DNA of 64,000 bases from Chiloscyllium plagiosum (lineage: Eukaryota). Below the pieces are notes generated by a model. The model did no database searches and was not told the origin of the DNA. It saw only the letters and a program-made list of their open reading frames with translations. The first letter of the stretch is position 1. Each line of letters begins with the position of its first letter. A program made the position numbers and the translations under genes. The stretch lies in NCBI RefSeq assembly GCF_004010195.1, contig NC_057720.1, positions 36,336,140-36,400,139 of the forward strand. Reading direction: 5' to 3'. Positions 53,953-64,000 of the stretch are shown one piece after another.

Positions 53953-54364
53953 GGGAGTCTGCTCCGGGGTTACGTTTAACCGCCGAGCGTGGGTTGTTGG
54001 CAACCGCTCTACGAGAACTGACGGCTCCCAGTTCCGGGAACATGTAGAGTGAGTATAAGCCAGACCCGGGAGTCTGCTCCGGGGTTACGTTTAACCGCCG
54101 AGCGTGGGTTGTTGGCAACCGCTCTACGAGAACTGACGGCTCCCAGTTCCGGGAACATGTAGAGTGAGTATAAGCCAGACCCGGGAGTCTGCTCCGGGGT
54201 TACGTTTAACCGCCGAGCGTGGGTTGTTGGCAACCGCTCTACGAGAACTGACGGCTCCCAGTTCCGGGAACATGTAGAGTGAGTATAAGCCAGACCCGGG
54301 AGTCTGCTCCGGGGTTACGTTTAACCGCCGAGCGTGGGTTGTTAGCAACCGCTCTACGAGAACT
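53953..54364. repeat. 115-bp tandem array, ~3.6 nearly identical copies
   Basis: agtctgctcc recurs at 53956, 54071, 54186 and 54301; I see only one substitution (54344). Confidence 0.97.
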
Positions 54365-55300
54365 TGTGATGCCAAGTACATGCATAGATACGAGAGATGG
54401 TAATTGAGTTGGTTTTCTTGGCAAGAGGAGGTTGTCCAGACTTTTCTGCTCTCTAGCAATGTGCTGAGGATAAAACTTCTTGGTTGTACATGCTAGTTTG
54501 TTAGTGGGCCAAAGTTCATCACAGCTTTGCTAATGCATGAGCTCAATTCTTTGCCCTGTGACAGAACCTGTAAATCCAGCCTAGCATAATTTACAAACTG
54601 CTTCCAGAGTTGTGGTGTTGAATCTGGTCGTAGGTAGAGATGCAACTTCTTGTGCCCCAATTACATTTTTCTTCACTGGTGAGGAAGAATGTGACAGCAT
54701 TCAAAAGGTCTTTGATCAGAGCTTCCTGCACATTGTTTTGGCTCTCAGTCTTGAAATGTTGAGAACTTTCTTGTCTGGTAGTGTTTGAAGGTGTACTCCT
54801 TCCACATGGCTGGGGAACCATAGGTCAGTGGAAAAGATGCTCAACAGTAGTGGCAGAATTGTAGCCTTGTTTCACCCTATCATTGATCCCTGAACTGAAC
54901 TGAATTATGCCATGCACCTTAGCATGGAAGAATCAAATGAGACTGCCAAGTTTGGGAGGATATCCAATTTTATTTTTTAACCAATAGTGGCCTGACCTAC
55001 TCATGGTGTGAAATGATTTTGTGAACTTCAAATAAGGGAGAAGAGTTCTCATATTTTTATGACCATGCGATATTATCTTTTGCATTGACATAAAGAGCAG
55101 GTGCATAGGCAGTTATGAAGACATTGAAATCTCCATCTGATGCTAGATGTGAAGCTTTCAGAAGTTGTGACCACATCTGTTATCTGTATTAATATGTTGT
55201 TGGTAGCAAAGTGGTCATCTTTAATTTTGCCATCTGCCATGCCCAGTACAAGGTACCTTGAGTATCTTTAGGTCAGTCAGTCTCGACTGTGGGAGAGCAG
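54365..55300 (-). mobile_element. Old RTE-clade LINE RT fragment
   Basis: Minus-strand remnants of FTKSF (DxxKAFD), GVKQG...TL..IF and ILSTLL....WT....ENQLN.H....LGI motifs; boundaries approximate. Confidence 0.62.
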
Positions 55301-55610
55301 TAGTGTTAATGTTGAACTTGTGTAGTTCATAATCAATCAATGCTGTTTGTGTATTGTCTGTTGACAGTAAGTCATTGTCCATGCCAGAGTACTTAGTCCT
55401 GATGTTCAGCTACTAAGCCTGAGAATCATCTTTCACTACTTAGTACCATTTACTGCATGCTTCCAAATGTTGGTAGGTCAATACCTGGTTGACTTGGTGA
55501 GATGTGGTGGCATGTTATGACTGACCATAGAATGAAATAATCATCCCAATGTTGCAATCAATCTATTTGGTTCTTTCCTGACACCTCAGAACCTGTAAAC
55601 TGCAACCCCT

Positions 55611-56102
55611 TGTGTTGGTCTGTGTTTTAAAAAATTCTCAAGGTCAAGGACCAGGCTCGCAGGAAAGTAGTCTGACACAGAGCAAACAGCCAAGAGGCGA
55701 GTCTGCTAGAATATAAGTGTTTTATTCCCCGCAGCGTCGCCACAACCAGGTCTCGTACTTACAACGGGTCTGGTTTATACTCACTCTACGTGTTACCGGA
55801 ACTGGGAGCCGTCAGTTCTCGTAGGGCGGTTGCCAACAACCCACGCTCGGCGGTTAAACGCAACCCCGGAGCAGACTCTACCGAACTGGAGACTTTTCCA
55901 GCTGATATACTCTTTTCGAGATCTAAACATTCATGTGAACAGCAGAGCAAGGCTGAAAAACACATTCCATTCTGGTCACATACAGATAAGAAGATTCACA
56001 CGGGAAGGTGTGTAATAAGATTCACACGGGACTAAGCGACACCTTCCATTTTCGGTTAGATTCACACATGTATTGGGACACAATTTTAACCCTTTCACCA
56101 CA
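55611..56102 (-). mobile_element. 492-bp LTR-like unit (TG...CA, TATAAA at 55774-55779, AATAAA at 55721-55726)
   Basis: The minus strand starts TGTGGTG and ends ACACA, with a TATA box about 50 nt before a polyA signal. It has no TSD of its own. Confidence 0.6.
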
Positions 56103-57704
56103 ACAGCTCATAGCCACAATAATTTATCTGCTTTGTAACCAACTCCAAAGACCAAGATGATCATTTCAGCCTCCTCCTTACTATCAATCACTGACCCCTG
56201 GCTTGAAAAAGCTGATCTCTTCCTCTATCCCTCTAAATTAAAGAAATATCAGTATGTATTTTTGGTTTTCACCTTCAGCCAGTTTTTAAAGTTTAGTTTT
56301 GTCTAAATAATGAAGTTAAAATAGAACTTCAAAATTATGAAACAAGAATGAATTCCAAAACCTATTAAAATTCAAGCTTAAAATTTAGCAAACCATTGCC
56401 TTAAAAGAAATTCCATGACCAAACCATCTCGAACAGATTCACATACAGATTAGATATATCATGTATAACATTCAACTAGTCAAATTAGCAGATCTCAAAC
56501 AGATCAATTATAGGTCTTGGCATGCCTGGATTTGGGAGTGAACAATTTGCAAGGATGAGTATCCAGTGATACTTGCTGGAAGACTCTATATGTAAATTTA
56601 ATAAGGATAAGATTGGATAGGACTACAATGTCGCTGTAGTTCAGTTTTCCATAGCCACTTAAGGTTCAAATGTGACCAATTAAGCAAGAATCTGGAAGAC
56701 AGCCCTGGGATTCTGAATCACTAAAACAGTGATATTACTACTAAGCCACTGCCTTCCTCGAATCATAATCAACAATCTTAAGCTAGGAAGAGGAGGAAAT
56801 TGGCAGGAATAAAGGAATTTCCAAGTAAGGCCCAAAATTGTTTGTCGTCTCAATCTAATTGCTAGTTTGAAAGATAAATCCACGCAATTTTACTTACTTA
56901 GTTTCTCCAACATCTACCCACTAATTGAAGCTGCTATAGTAATTATTCTGCCTGAATTACAATAGATTTAAAATAACACAGAATGAAGAAGTTTAGAACA
57001 TTTAGCCCCATTTTGGAATGCAAAAAAGTACATGCAGATTTTATTCAAAGCAAAATCTATTCAAAAAAATGATTCAGCAGCTTATTCCTTTTAATTAAAC
57101 ACAATCACTGAAGTGAAAGGGAACAGAAATTCAATATTTACTCATTTTCTACATTGTGCTGCATCATTTCTGATTAATTTAACACACTGATAATCAGGGC
57201 AAGATGATGTCAATGCAGAGCAAATCAGTGAAGAAATTAAAATGCTAATTTAAATTAAAAGCATATGTAAATTTACAGGTTTTGGCCAGCCTGCTATAAA
57301 TTAATCTTTTAAATCCATGATGGAAAACTATTTAAATACAAATGAAATGGCTCAAAAGGGTGCTGCTTAAAAACTGAATATATACACAGGTCTGGTTGTA
57401 AACCATTAATCTCACTGATCAGTTCAAAGTAGTACAGACTCCAGGAAAGAAAGACTTAAGGGCTTTAAACAATTATAGAAACCCAGAGGTGAGATTACAT
57501 CTATTCAGTAATTTTAAAGCAGTGCACTAAACAAAGTTATCTGCTATTAATTTGAACCACAACTTTGAGCAATTTTGGTTATATTGATATGTACTATGTT
57601 CAATACCTCTTTCATGTGGAATGATGATGATTAAGCCACTTGGAATTTATTCAATGTCAATAAAGTCAGGTAGCAATAAGCATTATCGTCAGTTTATGAA
57701 AGTC

Positions 57705-58160
57705 ACGTCATCTAGTGGACCATAGGGCTGCTTGCTCTCTCTCTCTCACTCAGTCAGTCAGTCAAGAGTGTAGTGCTGGAAAAGCACAATAGGTCAGGCA
57801 GCATCCGAAGAACAGGAAAATTGACATTTCGGGCATAAACCCTTCATCAGGAATGAGGCTTGTGGGTTGGGGCTGAGAGATAAATGGGAGGGGGTGGGGG
57901 TTTGGGGAAAGATAGCTGAGAATGCGATAGGTGGATGAAGGTGAGGGAGAAGATGATAGGTCGGGGGGAAGAGAGGAGTGATGAATGATAGAGAGACACA
58001 ACTGGTGGCAGTTTTAACTTAAGGGTCACCACGCCTCATGTGAGGGAAGAGATCAAGTAGTACAGTTCTTCATGATAACCTCAGCCAGTGCAGAACTGGA
58101 CCCACACGGCTGGTGTTACCCTATATTGCAAACCAGCTATCCAGTCAACTGAACTAAATG
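57705..58160 (-). mobile_element. tRNA-derived SINE (family of 12918-13135), interrupted by the PLE
   Basis: gaccatagggctgc...ctggtggcagttttaacttaagggtcacc...aaccagctatccagtcaactgaactaa. Confidence 0.62.
57760..57992 (-). mobile_element. PLE 3' fragment (hammerhead-like 57819-57854) inserted in a SINE
   Basis: Minus attc-ctgatga-a-gggt-ttat-gccc-gaaa-tgtc; absent from the paralogous copy at 59390-59603. Confidence 0.78.
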
Positions 58161-58226
58161 AGCTCCGACAGTTCATATTAACCTTGAAGGAGTTTACATT
58201 GTAGAATTGTTTAAAAAAAGTGTTAC

Positions 58227-58325
58227 CTTATCTGAATTAATGATATCTTTTTTACTAATTGGTGTGTTTTCAGAGTCACCACCCCCCAGTTCCAAAATAT
58301 CACGAACATCTGCTCCTGTCGCCAT
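58227..58325 (-). CDS. DMAP1: DMAP1 coding exon 1 (MATGADVRDILELGGGDSENTPISKKDIINSDK); exon starts at acceptor 58335
   Basis: Read by eye on the minus strand: tttacag|GTTTATAAAA ATG GCG ACA GGA ... GAT AAG|gtaaca; 99 nt, phase 0. Not in the ORF track. Confidence 0.95.
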
Positions 58326-60069
58326 TTTTATAAACCTGTAAAGATTAAAAGTAGAAATTTAAGAAGGAAATTCAGTTACAACAATCAAAAACTGTATTTA
58401 CTGTATTCACCCTACACCTGGGTTGAAATTTCAATGCTGAAGAACAGCTGAACTTAGCCATTGTATACAAATTTCAGAATCCTTACATTTGGGTACTCTC
58501 AAGACATGACCCATGATATAATTAATTGAATGGACTGTGTTCAAAATAGGATACTAGGGCTCTTAGAAAATTATCCAGTAGGCAACTAATCATCTAACTA
58601 CAAAAAAAATCATCTTCATAATTCTAATATGACCAGTAAACCCATGCCACATACAACACACTCTCCACAGGTAGCATTTTTTATATAGGAAAAAAGTCTA
58701 CAGTCACTCCCAGTTTCAACGGATTCACATCTTTTGTTTAGCCAAGTCATAATAGAATAACTGTTGAAAGACATTTCCCTCTGTTTTCAGAGAATTTCCA
58801 AACCAACTGTCAACAGTAAGGCCTCCAAGCCTCATCAAGACAAATCTTCAAGGACCCTTAAATTAGGATGCGTCTTTTCAACCAGTGACCATCCTCCCTC
58901 CAGCATTCCATCTGGTAGTTCCCAGGAGTCTTGCAGACTTTACCCAATCTGCTGGCCAGTCTTTTTCTTCTCTGCAAGACCTGTCCCATTCTATATAAAG
59001 AAATCTCAGAGCTTAAAAGTCTGTCCATAGTCAGCCTAGTTTCTCCTGCATTTGCTTTCAGGTATGGACATTTTGCACTTTGCTCCCATTAAATTTCAAT
59101 CTGGGCCCCCACACCCCTCATTTGTATAGTAACCAAAACACACAGGCTTGTTGTAAGGCAGAACCCCAAGCAGGTAACATCAATCTCTGCACTACTACAC
59201 ACCATTTTACATTTTAATTGAAAAGAAAGGCCTAAATCAGAATTATCTCATATAACTACAAATAGAATGGATGCCAAGTATTAAGCAGTAAGTAAAATAT
59301 TATTCAAGACCATAACTGTTCAAGATAAAACTACAATTCCAAGATATAGGGTTGAATTTAAGTAAAAATAAAGTAAAAGAATGTTCAGATTTTGGTTATG
59401 TTGATATGTACTGATATTCAATTCAACTCTTTCACATGTGATTACCATGAGACAATGATGATTAAGCCACTTTGAATTTACTGAATGTCAATAAATAGTC
59501 AAGTAGCAATAAACATTGTCAGTTTATGAAAGTCACATCGTGCTAGTGGACCATAGGGCTGTGTTCTCTCTCTCATTAGAGAATACAACTGGTGGCAGTT
59601 TTATACAACCTATATGAAAGTAACAAAATGATATGTAACCTAACAGTTATTTACCTAAACATTTAAATAAAGTTCTTTTTAATCTTTAACATTGAATTAC
59701 TACTCTCCACTGTTATGCTTGGCCAGATAAGACATAAGATAACTACTCATTGAAGCATACATCTGATAACTTCAACCCATTTCAAAATCTTACTTCCTCT
59801 ATAGAAGCCCAACTGATTCTAAATAAGCAAAAATGTACAATAATTTGTATTAACTAGATTGATAGTTTTGTGGGTGGCAACCTCAGTATTGCCTTCAGAG
59901 GTGAGGCTTGCATGAAAGCTCCAAGTTGAGGTCACACATGCAAAACTGAATTCAAATTATGTGTTGCCTCCCTGATACCTGGCAAAAGAGCAGACACAGA
60001 AACTTTAAGATAATTATGGATTGGAAGGAAAGCACACACATCCTGCCAAGAAACATTAGAGGATAAAAG

Positions 60070-61055
60070 AACACATGAACTAGGAGCAGAAGGAGACAAT
60101 TGCACCTGCCCTGCTATTTGATATGATGATGACTACTCTCACCTTGGCCTCAACTTCACTTGAAAGCCTACTGTCCAGAAGTCTTCAACCCATTACTAAA
60201 TTTAGAAATCTGTCAATCTCCACCTTAAAATTATTCAATGCCCCAGCATTGTCACAAACACTTTTGTGCGACACCTTATCAAATGCCTTCAATGAACTCT
60301 GGTAAGTTAGTCAAGCATGAAATACCCTGCATAAAATCATGCAAACTTTGATGAATTGTATTTTGACTATCCAAAATGTCCTGTTATTACTTCTTTAAAC
60401 ATGGATTCTAATAATACTCCAAAGACATGTTAAACTAACTAGGCGATAGTTCCCTACTTTCTGCCTCCCTCCCTTGTTGAATAAGGGTGCTATATTAACA
60501 TTTTTCAATCCAATGGAACCTTCCCCACATCCAGGGATCTTTAGAATACTATAACCAACCGATCCAACATCTCTGCTGCCACTTCCTTTAAGATCCTAAA
60601 ATGTAAACCTTCAGGCCCTCCAATGTAAAAACTGAAGCAAAATATTAATTTAGTGACTCTGCCATTTCTGTGTTCCTCACTATTAACTCCCTAATCTCAG
60701 CCCCCAATACCAACATTCACTATAGCTACTCTCTTCCCCTTTATATACTTGTAGAACCTTTTGCTATTCACTTATATATTTTACATCAGATTTTTTTCAT
60801 AACTTACCTTTGCTCTTTTTCCGACTTTTAAGCAACCCTTTATTGATCTTTAAATTCTTCCCAATCTTCCAGCCTGAAAATCACCTTTGCAATATAGTAT
60901 TCCTTGTTTTTGACTGTATATTATCTTTAATTTCCTTGCTTAGCTATGGATGCTTTCCCTCCCTTTATAATCTTTCTTTCTTTCTAACACAATACCAAAT
61001 ACCAATAGCCTGCTCCTTGGTCGATTCCCCAACATATTGTTCCAAGCAACAATCG
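60070..61055 (-). mobile_element. Heavily decayed CR1 fragment(s)
   Basis: The reverse complement has KAFDKVS and NKG.RQ..GNY.LVSLT motifs and a CR1 tail near 60070. Confidence 0.65.
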
Positions 61056-61265
61056 CTATGTTATGGATCGGACCAAATCCCCTCAAGAATATAGTCTAGA
61101 CATTAACTTTTTCTTATTGTACAGATAAGTGTAAGGCATTGTATTCTAATTGCAACTTGATTGATCAAACTACCAGGCTTGAAACAAAACATACTTTATT
61201 CGTACACCTATGATTAAAATAGAGACAAAATAAAAAAATAATTTGCTTAACTGTAACTCTTGACA

Positions 61266-61458
61266 TTAGATTAGATTAGATTACTTACAGTGTGGAAACA
61301 GGCCCTTCGGCCCAACAAGTCCACATCGACCCGCCGAAGCGCAACCCACCCAGACCCATTCCCCTATATTTACCCCTTAACCTAACACTATGGGCAATTT
61401 AGCATGGCCAATTCACCTAACCTGCACATTTTTGGATTGTGGGAGGAAACCGGAGCAC
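61266..61458 (-). mobile_element. 5'-truncated young V-SINE
   Basis: (taatc)n tail and 3' half of the consensus. Confidence 0.85.
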
Positions 61459-62474
61459 AGGTGCTTAACAATATATTTTATTTCATTTATTTATTGTCAC
61501 ATGTATCTTGTTACAAAATACAGTGAAAAGTGTTGTATAGCATCACCAGTCTCTGGCACCACCGTAAAAAACAAATAAAAACAGAATATAATGGCAGAAA
61601 AATGGGAAAATAAAGGAATTGTCCAACTTTACAGTCCTTCTTGTTAAGTGCTCTATCATGGGCTAGGTGGCCAGGCATGAGTCCCCTTCACTGCACTACT
61701 GGAACGAAAGTCACCACTCTTCGGTGCCATCCCGCCTCCACTGACGTAACCAGCACCATCTTTGTTACACACTTGATTACAAAAGCAGAATTTTCTAACA
61801 AAGCATAACTGAGGGAAACAAAGCCAAAAGGGATGAGAAGTATCCAGATATTTAAGTCTTCCGTAAATCTTATCTCCATGCAGGCAGCCGGGCCAAGCCA
61901 CAGCCTGGCGTCTTGGGAGGAGCGGAGTGATTGCTACTGTTGACACTACTGCCTCAGCTTTCTTGCTGCTGCCTCCAATTCTGTGACTACTGGTGTTGCA
62001 ACCAAGTCCTGGAACATGCTCGGGCAGAGCCCATTCATAGCCTCCAATTACCAGATTCCGGACATGCTCCAGCAGGCCCCACTCAGCCTCTGATCAGTGG
62101 ACACCTACTGGATCCAGGAACATGCTCAGCATAGATATTAATTAATTCTGACAAACTGTTCCAACACAGTAACATCCCATAAACACACACTTGGCAAAAG
62201 CAAATTCTGTAAAATAGGTTGTCTCACATGCAATTCTAGCAGCAGGCAGAGAACCCCAGCTTTTAGTTGTAACAGAAAGTGAGGAATAAGAACTACCACA
62301 TCCAGTTTCAAGATCCCAGCAACTGCTACTGAGGACTAAAACTAAAAAATTCTGCTTCTGTGGGATGTTGATCGCACCCATTCAGGCTGCTTCTATTTTT
62401 CTAACTTTTTTTTTTTTAAATGCCTCACAAGCTCCTTACTTTATTGTCTTTGGAACATTTCTCATCGATTTTCA

Positions 62475-63910
62475 CGTAGGAAAAGGAGAATATTGTCGAG
62501 GAGAAGAATGAAATATGAGATATTAGACTAGAAAGGATCGAGGTTAGTTACGAACAGGTGTTATCAATTCTAGAAGGAATGAAAGTAGACAAGTCCCCTG
62601 GGCTGGATGGGATTTATCAGAGGATTCTCTGGGAAGCTAGAGAGGAGATAGTAGAGCCTTTGGCTTTGATATTTGAGTCGTCATTGTCTGCAGGTTTAGT
62701 ACCAGAGGATTGGAGGATTGCAAATGTTGTGCCCTTGTTCAAGAAAGGAAGCAGAGATGACCCAGGTAATTATAGACCAGTGAGCCTTACTTCTGTTCTA
62801 GGAAAGGTTTTGGAAAGGATTATAAGAGATAAGATTTATAAGCATCGAGCAAGCAACAATTTGATTTCAGATGGTCAACATGAGAAGGTCATGTCTCACA
62901 AACTCTTAGTATTTTGAGAAGGTGACCAAGCATGTAGATGAGGGTAGGGCAGTTGACGTGATATACATGGACTTCAGTAAAGCCTTTGATAAGGTTCCAC
63001 ATAGTAGGCTGTTGGTGAAAATGCAGAGGCATGGAATTGAGGGTGATTTAGCAGTTTGGATTAGAAACTGGCTTTCTGAAAGAAGGCAGCAAGTGGTGGT
63101 TGATGGAAAATATTCAGCCTGGAGTCCGGTTACTAGTGGTGTGCCACAAGGATCTGTTTTGAGACCACTGCTGTTAGTCATTTTTATAAATGACTTAGAC
63201 ACAGGCATAGTGGATGGATTAGTAAATTTGCAGACAAAACTAAAGTCGGTGGAGTAGTAGACAGTTTGGAAGAATGTTACAGGTTGCAGGGGAACTTGGA
63301 TAAACTGCAGAATTGGGCTGAGAGATGGCAAATGGAGTCCAATGCAGCTAAGTGTGAGGTGATGCACTTTGGAAATAACAGCAGGAAGGCAGAGTACTGG
63401 GTCAATGGAAAGATTCTTGGGAGTGTGGATTGCAGAGGGATCTTGGAGTCCATGTACATAGATCCCTGAAAGTTGCCACCCAGGTTGGTAGTGCTGTTAA
63501 GAAGGCATACGGTGCATTAGGTTTTATTGGTAGAGGGACTGAGTTCCGGAGCCGCAATATCTTGCCGCAACTATACAAAACAGCAGCACTTGGAATATTG
63601 TGTACAGTTCTGGTCGCCATATTTCGAGAAGGATGTGGAAGCATTGTAAACGGTGCAGAGGAGATTTACCAGGATGTTGCCTGGTCTGGAGTGAAGGTCT
63701 TATGGGGAAAAGGCTGAAAGACTTAGGTGTGTTTTCATTGGAAAGAAGGCAGCTAAGAGGTGATTTGATAGAGACATACAAGATGATCAGAGGATTAGAT
63801 AGGGTAGATAGTGAAAGTCTTCTTGCTAGGATGATGACGTCAGCTTGTATGAGGGGGCATAACTTCAAATTGAGGGGTGATAGATTTAAGACAGATGTCA
63901 GAGGCAGATT
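62475..63910 (+). mobile_element. CR1 LINE ORF2 RT fragment (frameshifted)
   Basis: [66 protein letters not shown]. Confidence 0.92.
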
Positions 63911-63911
63911 T

Positions 63912-64000
63912 AAAAGCAAATTACTGCAGATGCTAGAATCTGAAACCAAAAGAGAAAATGCTGGAAAATCTCAGCAGGTCTGGCAGCATCTGTAAGGAGA
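63912..64000 (-). mobile_element. 3' tail of a second-family PLE element, running off the window
   Basis: aaagcaaattactgcagatgctagaatctgaaac...tctcagcaggtctggcagcatctgt matches 50640-50725 and 33231-33285. Confidence 0.7.

Larger units (their letters stand above)
53660..56102. mobile_element. Composite insertion with long inverted LTR-like arms (TGTGGTG...CACCACA) and a 5-bp flanking duplication ACAGC
   Basis: acagc at 53655-53659 and 56103-56107; arm 53732-54068 is the reverse complement of 55765-56102 with few differences. Confidence 0.7.
2117..58335 (-). other. DMAP1: DMAP1 gene span visible in window (8 coding exons; 3' exons and probable 5'-UTR exon not located in window)
   Basis: Spliced translation MATGADVRDILELGG...KRPEGMHREVYALL...WKWMPFTNPARKDG...WTKAETDHLFDLCKRFDLRF...RSVEDLKERYY...GIKFPDFKSAGVTLRSQRMKLPSSVGQKKIK matches vertebrate DMAP1 as I recall it; all junctions are GT-AG and phase-compatible. 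Confidence 0.97.

Noticed and set aside
53953..54364. Regularly spaced repeats resembling a CRISPR array, and the repeated ORFs MPTTHARRLNV...
   Set aside because: The units are identical head to tail with no unique spacers, the context is a vertebrate intron, and the 115-bp period shifts frame, so the ORFs are by-products.
59451..59520. Possible C/D snoRNA (terminal stem gacaatg/cattgtc with ATGATGA)
   Set aside because: No terminal CTGA D box, it is antisense to the host gene, and the stem is not preserved in the paralogous copy at ~57620.
61059..62450. Possible solo LTR or other repeat starting tgttatgg, with nested insertions
   Set aside because: I could not define the other end, a TSD or a second copy.
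58336..64000. DMAP1 promoter or first non-coding exon
   Set aside because: No CpG island or convincing exon is visible; it probably lies beyond the window.

Overview
Vertebrate genomic DNA, most likely from a cartilaginous fish (shark). This is inferred from HE1/V-SINE-type SINEs with (TAATC)n tails, dense CR1 LINE debris and Penelope-like elements (PLEs). The whole window lies inside one minus-strand gene, DMAP1 (DNA methyltransferase 1-associated protein 1, SWC4/EAF2 homolog). Eight coding exons with GT-AG boundaries splice in frame (58325 down to 2117; 1045 nt, about 348 codons). The C-terminal exon(s) lie left of the window, and a 5'-UTR exon probably lies upstream of 58335. The introns (two are 18-20 kb) are filled with decayed CR1/L2/RTE LINEs, SINEs, a Tc1/mariner-type MITE and many PLE fragments. 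There are two assembly gaps. Main points of interest: (1) about 15 minimal type-I hammerhead ribozyme motifs from at least three PLE families, with stem-I covariation; (2) ~130-bp insertions, several with target-site duplications (TSDs), that repeatedly begin right at the ribozyme's 5' edge; (3) palindromic PLE insertions, including a 460-bp hairpin; (4) a 2.44-kb unit (53660-56102) with inverted LTR-like arms, a 115-bp hairpin-rich tandem array, a captured old RTE fragment and one shared 5-bp flanking duplication. All calls are by eye, no database searches were run, and repeat boundaries are approximate unless a TSD is given.
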